Origin: Clostridia bacterium
GTDB taxonomy: Bacteria > Bacillota > Clostridia > DUPQ01
Reading direction: 5' to 3'
NCBI GenBank assembly: GCA_016929655.1
Contig: JAFGIJ010000094.1
Span: 1 to 53,637, forward strand
Length of the DNA: 53,637 nt
The number at the start of each line of letters is the position of its first letter. Position 1 is the stretch's first letter. The notes beneath the pieces were generated by a model. That model searched no databases. It saw only the letters and a program-made list of their open reading frames with translations, and had not been told where the DNA came from. Shown here piece by piece: positions 20,540 to 29,988 of the stretch. The position numbers and the translations under genes are program-made.

Positions 20540-23076
20540 TCAGTTACCGTCTTTTTACAGTCAAGTATTATCTCAGTCATACCGTTTTCGACTATAATCG
20601 TTTCGCCCAGTGCCTTTAGGGCTCCTCTGGTATTTCCAGGAAGGTTTATTTTGATTTTCAATTTTTCAAGTTTCTCCATTCTTTCCCATTCCATTCCTGC
20701 AGTTCCAAACACAGTTGGGATTTTGCAAGAGATTGAATTTACCCCATCCATAAATTGCGGTTCCAGTAGAAATAGTCCATCCCTGCTGAAGAATTTCAGT
20801 CCTGCGAGATTTCTAATAAAGTATGTAACAACACTTCCGAACATGGGATGATTTCCTGATGCTTTTCCGTCCCATGTCTCCCATAACGTCGAGGCACCTT
20901 GGTCCATCATGAATCCGAATGAAGGATATTGTCTTCGATCAAGCATTTTTTTTACAGTCCTGCCATAACCATATCTGGAAAGCACACCAAAAATCATGGA
21001 AGCTCCGAAAATACCGACCATCATTGAATAGTCTTCATGTCTTATATATTCTTCCATCGATGCTGCAACTGCTGATTCCAGTTCCTTCGGGACCATATCG
21101 AAAGCCAGGGGATATACATTGGAACAGAACTTTCCTGTTCCATAGTTCATGTTTTCTCTATCAAGAAACTCCTCATTGAACCTTTCCCTGACTCTTTTTG
21201 CAAGTCTTTCATAATAGATTGTACTCCTGCCTATCAGTTTCCCCATATCTATGCATATGGTTATACATTTATAAAAATAGCAGGTATTCACTATTGCGGG
21301 GTCCATGGCTTCAAATATTGCATCAAGGTCTACTTCTTCAACCTCATAACCGGCTACAGGCATACACCAGTCACCCAGACACCAGCTTCCATCTTCCTCA
21401 GCCCTGATTATTAAACCGGGATTTTTCTTTTCAAGATAACCTATCCATTTACATACAGCAGGATATGCTTCCCTTAAAATTCCTTCATCGAAAGTATAGC
21501 TGTACAGCATCCAGGGAACAATTGCACAGGCACTTCCCCATGCCGGCCCTCCGCCGCCCCCGTAAAAAGGTACTGTATGTGGAACAAAACCTGTTTCTGA
21601 ATCCTGTGATGCCAGAATATCCATCATCCATTTTCTGTAAAAATTCTCTGAATCAAGGGTAAGCAAAGCACTTTCACATGTAACCTGTCCATCACCTGTA
21701 TATCCAAGTCTTTCCCGATGGGGGCAGTCCGAAGGAACTCCTCCATGCATATTTGACAATTGGGTTTTTTTATATGCATTATAAATCCACTCAATGTTTT
21801 TATCTGAACACTTGAATTCACCAGGTCCCTTGGGAGCTCCATATATTTCTTCAACCTTGATGTCGAGAATTTCTACATCATCATCCTTTTGCAACCGGAA
21901 ATAACGGAATCCACGCCATCCAAAGGTTTCCCTGTATTCAATTGTTTCATTTTCTCCAAAAGTGTACCGATTCTCCTGGATCTGCCATTCCCCTCCGGAT
22001 GGTCTGAAATCTGGTTGCCCGTCCATCATTTTCTCAAAGTATTCAAGTGAGAATACAGCTCCTCTGGGAGCTTTTGCCTTTATTATGACCCGGCCTGTCA
22101 GATTTGTTCCGGCATCATAAATGTTTTTATCCAGCAAAACAGGTGTGATCAGGCCAGCAGAATAATCAAAGGCGGTAAACTGGCTTTTCATTTTTCCATG
22201 GTTCCATTGCATGATTTCACTGACCAAGTCTCCGTCAAAAGAAAGTCCTATATTATCGTTACGTTTTTCTCCAAAATAGATATTGTTGAATTCGAGTGGG
22301 CCTTCCGTACAGAAAGTGTTCTCATCAACTGAGATAGAATCTCTGTTTCCATCCTTGTAAACAATTGTAAATTCCAGGAACAACCTTGGTTTTCCATAGG
22401 ACATGTCTCCTTCAATGCTTCTTTCAATTTGATTAAAAAATCCATTTCCCAACATGGCCTCGAATCTGTTCAATCCTCTGTTCAGCACTTCTGTAATGTC
22501 ATATACATTGTACAAAACTCTTTTTGAAGAACGGTCAGTGTATGGATATAAAAGGTTTGAAAGTTCCCGCACTGTATAATCAGTCCATCCTGGAACATTT
22601 AAATATTCCCCGGACTTTATGTCATTGATTTTTAGCTCATAATAACCTAGACCTGATATTGCAGCCAGACAATATTCAACATTATCCTTAACAAAAAAAT
22701 CACCATAAAAAATGGGATTTTCAGTTTCCCCCGGATGACTTATCCATTTATATTCTTTATCCTCTTCAAAAAATCCCGTTGAAAATCGGTTACCTGCCGA
22801 CTCATGTACATTACCATTATTGTCAGTTACAAAAAGATTCCAGTGGTATAAAGTCATTGAGCTTAAATTACTGCCTTCATATTTAATATTAATGCTGTTT
22901 CTGCCATCAACGTAACCGGAGTCCCAGCACAAACGAGTACCTTCCAAAACCTTTATTCTATAACCAGCCTGATAAAAGGGTTCACCCCCGTTGTCAAAAC
23001 TCCATGAAAAAAGAGGTGTATCACTGTCTATACCATTTGGATTGACACAACCTTCACATTTGACATTAATCTTCAT
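20536..23076 (-). CDS. Alpha-L-rhamnosidase family glycoside hydrolase (GH78), no signal peptide
   Basis: 846 aa. The N-terminal PNGIDSDTPLFSWSF, and DCPHRERLGYTGDGQ of the six-hairpin catalytic domain. ATGA overlaps at both ends. Confidence 0.8.
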   Translation of the reverse strand: MKINVKCEGCVNPNGIDSDTPLFSWSFDNGGEPFYQAGYRIKVLEGTRLCWDSGYVDGRNSINIKYEGSNLSSMTLYHWNLFVTDNNGNVHESAGNRFSTGFFEEDKEYKWISHPGETENPIFYGDFFVKDNVEYCLAAISGLGYYELKINDIKSGEYLNVPGWTDYTVRELSNLLYPYTDRSSKRVLYNVYDITEVLNRGLNRFEAMLGNGFFNQIERSIEGDMSYGKPRLFLEFTIVYKDGNRDSISVDENTFCTEGPLEFNNIYFGEKRNDNIGLSFDGDLVSEIMQWNHGKMKSQFTAFDYSAGLITPVLLDKNIYDAGTNLTGRVIIKAKAPRGAVFSLEYFEKMMDGQPDFRPSGGEWQIQENRYTFGENETIEYRETFGWRGFRYFRLQKDDDVEILDIKVEEIYGAPKGPGEFKCSDKNIEWIYNAYKKTQLSNMHGGVPSDCPHRERLGYTGDGQVTCESALLTLDSENFYRKWMMDILASQDSETGFVPHTVPFYGGGGGPAWGSACAIVPWMLYSYTFDEGILREAYPAVCKWIGYLEKKNPGLIIRAEEDGSWCLGDWCMPVAGYEVEEVDLDAIFEAMDPAIVNTCYFYKCITICIDMGKLIGRSTIYYERLAKRVRERFNEEFLDRENMNYGTGKFCSNVYPLAFDMVPKELESAVAASMEEYIRHEDYSMMVGIFGASMIFGVLSRYGYGRTVKKMLDRRQYPSFGFMMDQGASTLWETWDGKASGNHPMFGSVVTYFIRNLAGLKFFSRDGLFLLEPQFMDGVNSISCKIPTVFGTAGMEWERMEKLEKLKIKINLPGNTRGALKALGETIIVENGMTEIILDCKKTVTE

Positions 23077-23990
23077 AATTGTTTTTCGAACTCCTCTATT
23101 CTTTCAAGAAACCTGCATGCCTCAACAAAAATCCCTGCATCAACCTGACTGGAATCAATAACCCGTGATTGTATGTTCTTGAATATACCTTTTCTCTGCA
23201 ACATCATTTTAGCACATACCGGATAGCTGGAAACATTGACAAAACGTGCAAATTCATAAAAAAGGCCATGTGCTTCTGCCTGAAAATTATTCATGGGTAT
23301 AGGGTGTGCCATAATAAATTCCACCAACCTGGTTGAGATATTGGCATGAACACCGGAAAATCCTGCAGCTCCATTGATTGTACTGTAAGCCAAAGTCTGG
23401 GCATTTGCGTTATACAACCCAAAGTCACTATCCCCAATCATATTAAGCCTTGATGCTATTATACCGGCATCGCATGATGTATCTTTCATCATGGTAAATC
23501 TTCCTGAATCAATTATATACTTTAATACCTGTGGGGACAGAAGCCGTTTATATGGATATGGGCACTCATAAATACCAAGCGGAATTTCAGATTTAAAATT
23601 ATTTAAAAAACCATCAAGATGTGAAAGCATTACATCATCACTTTCGTCTTTTCCGGCAAAGGCATTACTGAGCAATACTACAGCGTCAACTCCTGTTTGC
23701 TCCATTGCTTTCATGGCAAACAGCTGTTCTTTCTGTGTTATCTGTGTGTGGCCTGAAGCTATGACATCAATGGAAGCATTATTTTTTACAAATAAAGCAA
23801 GCTCAAGCTGTTCCTTAAGGTCTAGAAAAAACATTTCACTGGACTGGCAGACTGCAAAAAGTCCATCTGCCCCATCATCTTCAAGCATTTTTATAAATTG
23901 TTCAAGATCACTGTAATCAATCCTGCCATCCGTTGCAAATGGAGTCACCATCGTTGGGAATATACCCTTTTTAAATGTCTTTTTCATCAA
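23073..23990 (-). CDS. Dihydrodipicolinate synthase / N-acetylneuraminate lyase family (class I aldolase) protein
   Basis: 305 aa. GIFPTMVTPF N-terminus, and MMKDTS carrying the Schiff-base Lys context. Confidence 0.75.
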   Translation of the reverse strand: MMKKTFKKGIFPTMVTPFATDGRIDYSDLEQFIKMLEDDGADGLFAVCQSSEMFFLDLKEQLELALFVKNNASIDVIASGHTQITQKEQLFAMKAMEQTGVDAVVLLSNAFAGKDESDDVMLSHLDGFLNNFKSEIPLGIYECPYPYKRLLSPQVLKYIIDSGRFTMMKDTSCDAGIIASRLNMIGDSDFGLYNANAQTLAYSTINGAAGFSGVHANISTRLVEFIMAHPIPMNNFQAEAHGLFYEFARFVNVSSYPVCAKMMLQRKGIFKNIQSRVIDSSQVDAGIFVEACRFLERIEEFEKQL

Positions 23991-25234
23991 TAAACCAATC
24001 CCCTGAAATCTTTAATTTTATGAAAGGATATAAAGTTTGTATCATGTGCACTGATTGCATTCTCATCACCGGACCTTGAAACAACCAGAAGATCATTACC
24101 CTTTATAGCCATGGCTGCATAGTGCCTTGACATACTTTCTTTTTCCCCTATAGCCACAACTCCTGCAAAGCACCAGTCAAAACAGTTTTTTGAAAAATGA
24201 AGAACCAGGCGCTTTCTTTCATTGTCGGGAAGATTATATCTTTCGGGCGGCAATAATTCAGCCCTTGTCATACTGTCAGTGGCCTGTGTGGAAAGCAACC
24301 AGAACAGTTCTGATATTTCATCATATAGGATATGAAATTTCATCTGCCCACCCGGAAGCGGTATATATACCAGTTTCTTACCTGATGGTGCTTTTTCAAG
24401 CACAGTTTCCATGGTGCCATTTTCTTTTTCAACAACCTTTGCCATGATGCCATATCCTGTCATTCCGGTATGGGCACGCATAAAAAGATGAATCGTATCT
24501 GCCTCATATAAATAGTGATTCTCATCATGGAATTTTACTATATTGGTTTCCAGCCATCCTATCTCTGCACAGCCCCTTCCCGGAGCTATTTCAACATATG
24601 TATCTCTTGTCGTCCAATGGAAAGGGACTCCAAAATATTCCATTTCATTTTTATTAACTACCTTATCAAAATATAGTTCTGAAGCAAATGTCCAGTTTTC
24701 TCTTTTTGTAAGATCAGTTCCCTTTTTTCCTCTCATCAGGACAGGTGCAATATTATTTACTTTCCATCCTGTGATTTTACGTTCAGATCTTTTTTCCATT
24801 ACAATGTAAAAAAAACCTTTCCAATAAAGCACATTGCATGGGGCCTGGTGCCAGTCTTCACCATCAGTAAGCCGGCATGGTTCTGACCATGTTCCTCCAT
24901 TATCTTCTGACTTTATGATCATCAAATCATTGCATTGACCAAGAACATAAAGAATTCCCTCAAATTCAAAGGGCCTTGCATGCATGAATGGAAACCTATG
25001 CTTCAGATTGAAGCTATTGCCATTGTCATCGGAAACAAATATACGCCCTTGGACAAATCCCCCGTATCTTCTCCCTTTTATTTCCAGGTCTGCCATGGCT
25101 TCATCACTTCCTGAAGTACCTGCCGTTACAATAATTCTTCCCGTTTTTGTTATACATATTCCCGGGCTGTAGCTGGATAATCCACACTTTTCCAGATAAT
25201 TTATTTTAATATGGTCCTGTGCAAGAATTTTCAT
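23987..25234 (-). CDS. BNR/Asp-box beta-propeller protein, exo-alpha-sialidase-like, no signal peptide
   Basis: 415 aa. Asp-box SEDNGGTWS and a degenerate SDDNGNSF. The rest was not recognised. Confidence 0.55.
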   Translation of the reverse strand: MKILAQDHIKINYLEKCGLSSYSPGICITKTGRIIVTAGTSGSDEAMADLEIKGRRYGGFVQGRIFVSDDNGNSFNLKHRFPFMHARPFEFEGILYVLGQCNDLMIIKSEDNGGTWSEPCRLTDGEDWHQAPCNVLYWKGFFYIVMEKRSERKITGWKVNNIAPVLMRGKKGTDLTKRENWTFASELYFDKVVNKNEMEYFGVPFHWTTRDTYVEIAPGRGCAEIGWLETNIVKFHDENHYLYEADTIHLFMRAHTGMTGYGIMAKVVEKENGTMETVLEKAPSGKKLVYIPLPGGQMKFHILYDEISELFWLLSTQATDSMTRAELLPPERYNLPDNERKRLVLHFSKNCFDWCFAGVVAIGEKESMSRHYAAMAIKGNDLLVVSRSGDENAISAHDTNFISFHKIKDFRGLVY

Positions 25235-25241
25235 ATTTTAC

Positions 25242-25709
25242 CTACTTGATCCAATTACTTATTATGGCTGGAAATATAAGCGAAAGTATGGTTATAACGG
25301 TAGCGGATATAAAGCCACCAGTAATTATATAGATTGCAGCTTTCTTTTTGTCCATTTGCAAAAATGCTGCAACAGCGCTTCCAGTCCACAATCCAGTTGT
25401 CGGCAAAGGAATGGCCACAAAGATTATAAGACCCCACTTTTCATATTTTTCAATCTTATCCTTCCCCTTTTGTACCTTCCTGTCCACAAAATCATAAAAC
25501 CATTTCAGAAGCCTGGTTTTACCAAGCCATTCAAAGATATATGAGAAGAAAAACAGAATAAATGGTACCGGTACAAGGCTTCCTAGAAATGAAACAATGA
25601 ACACAAGCCAGGGATTCATATCATTTATAATAATACCCAGCGGTATGGCTCCCCTCTGTTCTATAAGAGGTACCATTGAAAGAAGAAATACTTCCAAAAT
25701 TTTTCTCAT
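25242..25709 (-). CDS. Small multidrug-export-like membrane protein (COG2426 family)
   Basis: 155 aa with 4 predicted TM segments. PLIEQRGAIPLGI motif. Confidence 0.6.
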   Translation of the reverse strand: MRKILEVFLLSMVPLIEQRGAIPLGIIINDMNPWLVFIVSFLGSLVPVPFILFFFSYIFEWLGKTRLLKWFYDFVDRKVQKGKDKIEKYEKWGLIIFVAIPLPTTGLWTGSAVAAFLQMDKKKAAIYIITGGFISATVITILSLIFPAIISNWIK

Positions 25710-25764
25710 AATAATTCCCTTTTCAGTCCGATTATATCAGTCTGGGATTCTTTCATGCATTGGA

Positions 25765-27045
25765 TCAAAACCCAGGTTTACCAAGCATTTTAAACATTTC
25801 CGTTTTATAGGCTTCAACTCCAGGCTGATCAAATGGGTTAACCCCAAGAAGGTACCCGCTTACAGCACATGAAAATTCAAAAAAGTAAATCAGCTGACCT
25901 ATACTGTATCCGCTCTGATCCTCAAGATTAATGAGAATATTGGGAACTCCGCCTTTTCTGTGTGCATTTATTGTAGCCAGCATGGCAGTTTCATTGACAT
26001 AATTCATGGTTTTTCCGGCAAGATATGCCAAACCATCACTATCCTGGCCTGTATCTGGAATTTTCATGTCAAAGGGTGGGTTCTTTATATTTATAACAGT
26101 TTCAAATATATTTCTATTACCTTCCTGGATATACTGTCCCATTGAATGAAGATCGGCACTGAAGATAACCGAAGCAGGAAAAATCCCCTTGCCCTCCTTA
26201 CCTTCGCTTTCACCAAATAATTGCTTCCACCATTCAGTGAAGAATCTAAGGGATTCTTCATAAACTGCCATTATTTCAATTGTTTTACCGCCGTCAAGAA
26301 GCAAATTTCTCATAGCAGCATACATTGTTGCATCATTGGGTAAATTTTTTGAATATGATGCCATATCTGCAGCACCTGCCACCAGCTCATCAATATCTAC
26401 ACCAGAAGCAGCCAGCGGAACAAGACCAACCGGAGTAAGTACTGAATACCTGCCTCCTATATTATCCGGTATTACAAAGCTATCATAGCCCATTTCATCA
26501 CATAAAACTTTTACAGCACCTTTTTTGGCATCTGTAATTCCTACAATTCTTTCTTTTGCTTTAACTCCATATCTTTCTTTAATGAAACCTTCGAGTATTC
26601 GAAATGCTATTGCAGGTTCTGTCGTTGTTCCTGATTTTGACACCACACATAAAGAAACATCCTTATCCCGGATTTTATCCATTAGATCTTTCATCTGGGT
26701 ACCGCTTATTGTATTACCGGCATAAAGAATTTCCGGGCCCTCTGATTTTGGAGAAATAAAATCATAAACTGCTTTAGTTCCAAGATAGGAACCACCAATT
26801 CCTATATTGATGATATAGTCAGAATTTTCCCGAAGTCTGCCTGCCGTTGCTTTTATATCTTTGATTTGCTTTTTATTTGTTTCCAGTGGAAGATTCAACC
26901 ATCCGGTATACTCATTTCCCCTGCCTGTACCTGAAAAAAGTTCATGGACTTTGCTGTATGCTTGTTCAACTTTTTTATCATACTCCCTAACATTAAAAAA
27001 ACCATCACATGGTTTTAAATCTAGTTCCAACTTTTTCATAGACAC
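25765..27045 (-). CDS. pgi: Glucose-6-phosphate isomerase (short bacterial type)
   Basis: 426 aa. GIGGSYLG, VSKSGTTTEP, GGRYSV and the FGESEGK region. Confidence 0.9.
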   Translation of the reverse strand: MSMKKLELDLKPCDGFFNVREYDKKVEQAYSKVHELFSGTGRGNEYTGWLNLPLETNKKQIKDIKATAGRLRENSDYIINIGIGGSYLGTKAVYDFISPKSEGPEILYAGNTISGTQMKDLMDKIRDKDVSLCVVSKSGTTTEPAIAFRILEGFIKERYGVKAKERIVGITDAKKGAVKVLCDEMGYDSFVIPDNIGGRYSVLTPVGLVPLAASGVDIDELVAGAADMASYSKNLPNDATMYAAMRNLLLDGGKTIEIMAVYEESLRFFTEWWKQLFGESEGKEGKGIFPASVIFSADLHSMGQYIQEGNRNIFETVINIKNPPFDMKIPDTGQDSDGLAYLAGKTMNYVNETAMLATINAHRKGGVPNILINLEDQSGYSIGQLIYFFEFSCAVSGYLLGVNPFDQPGVEAYKTEMFKMLGKPGF

Positions 27046-27052
27046 CTCCTGT

Positions 27053-27709
27053 TCAGGTTACTGCTTTTTCATTCTCATCAATGTTTTCAGATTCAAGTTT
27101 TGTTACTGAAACTTCATAAGCAATTTTTTTTATTACTCTGTCATCAATTTTCTTTTCATAAGTCCTGCTCTGAAGTCTTCCCCACACCTTCAGATTGTTT
27201 CCAATATCCAGCTTTTCACAGAATCTTGCATTCCTTCCCCAGCATATGCAGGGAATATAATCCGATTTATTGTATGCACGATTAACTGCTATGAGCATAT
27301 CTGTTATTTCGCGCCCAAAAGGTGTTGTTCTGTAGTTTGGTTTCTTGCAAATAAATCCATCAAGGAAAATTGTATTTCTATTGTGTATATTCTCCAGAGA
27401 ATCCACAATTCTGGCTTCTCTTGCGAATATATTCAAAACCAGTTTGCTTCTTCCATTATTTGAACTGTTGTATGAACGAAACTGGCCTTCTACCTCGGCA
27501 AAACTCCCTTTATTAAGTTTTTCTATGTTAACAAGGCGTTCAGAAACAAGGACCGGAAGTGTGTCATATGATTTACTCAGTCTTTCTACATTCAAATCAA
27601 ATACATAGAATTTTTCACCATATATTTCATGACTCAAAGAAGGTTCACCGGAAACTACTCCGGCGACATATACAACATTGTTTTCAAAAAGTGCATTATC
27701 ATTTGTCAT
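27053..27709 (-). CDS. SSB-like protein with two tandem OB-fold-like halves
   Basis: 218 aa. Residues about 10-105 and 113-207 look like an internal duplication (…L.V.GR.(Q/R)S…). There is no canonical acidic DDDIPF tip. Confidence 0.45.
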   Translation of the reverse strand: MTNDNALFENNVVYVAGVVSGEPSLSHEIYGEKFYVFDLNVERLSKSYDTLPVLVSERLVNIEKLNKGSFAEVEGQFRSYNSSNNGRSKLVLNIFAREARIVDSLENIHNRNTIFLDGFICKKPNYRTTPFGREITDMLIAVNRAYNKSDYIPCICWGRNARFCEKLDIGNNLKVWGRLQSRTYEKKIDDRVIKKIAYEVSVTKLESENIDENEKAVT

Positions 27710-27852
27710 TATCCCGTCCCCCCCGGGTCATTCGTGTCCTGAAGTCATGTGTTCATTGTCCATTTATCGTCAGTACATAATTTTTTTTCAATTATATAAC
27801 ATTATTTATAAAAAATAAAGATATCTGTAACTTGTTTTTACATGCATATACC

Positions 27853-27881
27853 TTTACATACATTTTGCCCTGTGCTATAAT
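27853..27881 (+). promoter_or_regulatory. Sigma-A type promoter for tRNA-Pro
   Basis: TTTACA (27853..27858), 17-nt spacer, TATAAT (27876..27881), 27 nt before the tRNA 5' end. Confidence 0.6.
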
Positions 27882-27907
27882 TTCCTAAGCGTTGAAATGA
27901 ACAATGT

Positions 27908-27984
27908 CGGGGCGTGGCTCAGCTCGGTAGAGCACTTGACTGGGGGTCAAGGGGTCGCAGGTTCAAATCCTGTCGCTCCGACCA
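27908..27984 (+). tRNA. tRNA-Pro, anticodon GGG, with encoded CCA
   Basis: Acceptor stem CGGGGCG/CGCTCCG (one G-U). Anticodon arm CTTGA-CTGGGGG-TCAAG gives GGG at positions 34-36. T-arm GGTTCAAATCC. Ends ACCA. Confidence 0.9.
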
Positions 27985-28013
27985 AAAAAGGAACCATGAA
28001 GGTTCCTTTTTTT
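27985..28013. terminator. Bidirectional intrinsic terminator shared by tRNA-Pro (+) and lgt (-)
   Basis: AAAAAGGAACC ATGAA GGTTCCTTTTT, with A and T runs on both sides. Confidence 0.8.
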
Positions 28014-28014
28014 A

Positions 28015-29004
28015 CTATTTATTTGGATTATCTTCGGGTTCCTTCGGAACATCAGTCTCAATTGTATTTTCTGAAGATGCTTCCTCATCATCTGACAACT
28101 TTATGTTTTCTTTTAAAATGGATGCAAACTCTGACGTCCCAGTAGACATATCCTTCTCATCCTCAAGAGCTCTTTTTTCTTTTCTATCCTTCAGGTAAAT
28201 GAGCAGAAGTATTATTGTGAATACAAGAAAAAATGCAAGACCTATCAATTGACTAACCCTTATATTTCCAAGCATGAGACTATCTGTTCTCAATCCTTCA
28301 ATGAACATTCTGCCAAAACCGTAGAGTGCCATATACAGACAGAAAATCTGACCATTGAACTTTTTCTTTCTTGACAGGATTACAAGAAGAATAAAGGTCA
28401 AAAAATTCCAAACAGATTCATATAAAAATGTAGGATGTACAGGAAGGTATGGATTAACATCCACTCCCCTTGCAGCCATCAGGCTGAGTTCATTTTGAAT
28501 TGGCTGACTTGTCATACCCCATGGAAGATTTGTGTTATATCCAAAAGCTTCCTGATTTACAAAGTTACCCCATCTGCCAATAGCCTGTGCAAGCGCAAAA
28601 TACGGTCCGGCTAAATCACCAAGAGCAAGAAAATTAATTTTCTTTATCCAAGTATAAACCGCAGCGGCACCCATGCCACCAATAATTGCTCCGTATATTG
28701 CCAGGCCTCCGTCCCGAATATTTATTATCTCTGCAAAAGTCCAGTTTTTTGTGTAAAAAACAACATAAAATAATCTGGCAAATATAATTGCAATCGGAAC
28801 AGCTATTAATAGTATATTTATAATGTCATCTTCAACCAGATCATGCCTTTTTGCATTTCTGAGAGCCAGAAAGACAGCCAGGGCAAATCCGATTCCAATT
28901 ATTAAACCATACCAATATATATCTACTCCGAAAATTGTAAAAGCTACTCTTGTAACGCGAATTACAAATCCTCCGAATAAATTCGGGAAAAATACTTCAG
29001 TCAT
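28015..29004 (-). CDS. lgt: Prolipoprotein diacylglyceryl transferase with an acidic C-terminal tail
   Basis: 329 aa. GGLAIYGAIIGG, GRWGNFVNQEA, HPTFLYES. The last roughly 65 aa are charged and acidic. Confidence 0.9.
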   Translation of the reverse strand: MTEVFFPNLFGGFVIRVTRVAFTIFGVDIYWYGLIIGIGFALAVFLALRNAKRHDLVEDDIINILLIAVPIAIIFARLFYVVFYTKNWTFAEIINIRDGGLAIYGAIIGGMGAAAVYTWIKKINFLALGDLAGPYFALAQAIGRWGNFVNQEAFGYNTNLPWGMTSQPIQNELSLMAARGVDVNPYLPVHPTFLYESVWNFLTFILLVILSRKKKFNGQIFCLYMALYGFGRMFIEGLRTDSLMLGNIRVSQLIGLAFFLVFTIILLLIYLKDRKEKRALEDEKDMSTGTSEFASILKENIKLSDDEEASSENTIETDVPKEPEDNPNK

Positions 29005-29029
29005 TCAAATACCTCCTATTGCTGCAAAC

Positions 29030-29058
29030 ATTTTACCATGGGCTTACAAACCCTACAA
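29030..29058 (-). promoter_or_regulatory. Candidate extended -10 promoter for lgt
   Basis: Minus strand: TTGTAG (29058..29053), 17-nt spacer ending in TGG, TAAAAT (29035..29030). Confidence 0.5.
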
Positions 29059-29064
29059 GTATAT

Positions 29065-29988
29065 TCATTCCTTAAAAAATTCAATTGCTTCATTAATGTC
29101 TGATTCAATTTGGTCTTTTAGCTCAATAATATCCTTGTGCTTTTTTTCATCCCTGTGTTTTTTAATGAACCATACTTCAATTTCCTTGCCATACAACCAT
29201 CCGCAAAAGTCAAAGATATGCGTCTCAATGATTTTGGTTTCTGTATTTGAAACTGTAGGCCTGACCCCAATGTTAGTTATGCTGCTGTACATTTTCCCAT
29301 CAACTGTAGTTTTGGTAAAATATACCCCAGTATCCGGAAGAGCAAAGTCCCTTACAGGAATAATATTAGCTGTTGGAAACCCAATCAAGGTTCCGATTCT
29401 ATTGCCATATTCAACTTTTCCCTTGATTGAATAATATTCCCCCATCATCTCTTTGACTTCTGCCATTCTGCCTTTCATTATATAATCTCTGATAGCTGTT
29501 GAACTTATTACCAAATCACCTGACTTTACAGGATTCAATGTCATAACTTCAAAGCCATATCTTTTGCCCATGGCTGTAAGAAGTTTGGTGTCACCACGAC
29601 CCTGACATCCAAAATGATAGTTAAAGCCTGTAACTACAAGTGCTGCTTTATATTTTTGCACGAGAATATCTTTCACAAAGTCATCCGGCTCTATCCTGGC
29701 ATATTCATCATTAAATTCTTCCAGCACAAGATAATCAATTCCAAGTTTTTCAAATTTTTCAATTCTTTTTTCCAGTGGAGATATCAATTTTATGTTTTTT
29801 CTCTGAAGTATATTTCCAGGGTGATCTCTGAAAGTATAAATAATAGAGGGAATATTGCGCCTTCGGCACTCACTGACCAGTTCTCCAACAAGTTTTTCAT
29901 GGGCAATATGAACCCCATCAAAGTTTCCAAGACCAATTCCTGTTTTTTCAACATTATCAAAGCTGTCTTTTCCTGTCAAAATATTCAT
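29065..29988 (-). CDS. ribF: Bifunctional riboflavin kinase / FMN adenylyltransferase
   Basis: 307 aa. GNFDGVHIAH N-terminal nucleotidyltransferase motif, and a GFPTAN riboflavin kinase half. Confidence 0.9.
   Translation of the reverse strand: MNILTGKDSFDNVEKTGIGLGNFDGVHIAHEKLVGELVSECRRRNIPSIIYTFRDHPGNILQRKNIKLISPLEKRIEKFEKLGIDYLVLEEFNDEYARIEPDDFVKDILVQKYKAALVVTGFNYHFGCQGRGDTKLLTAMGKRYGFEVMTLNPVKSGDLVISSTAIRDYIMKGRMAEVKEMMGEYYSIKGKVEYGNRIGTLIGFPTANIIPVRDFALPDTGVYFTKTTVDGKMYSSITNIGVRPTVSNTETKIIETHIFDFCGWLYGKEIEVWFIKKHRDEKKHKDIIELKDQIESDINEAIEFFKE

Noticed and set aside
27760-27852. Promoter for the SSB-like/pgi transcription unit. A TATAAT lies at 27796..27791 on the minus strand.
   Set aside because: The region is almost pure A/T with several competing -10-like hexamers and no convincing -35 box at 16-18 nt. 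It is not reportable with confidence.
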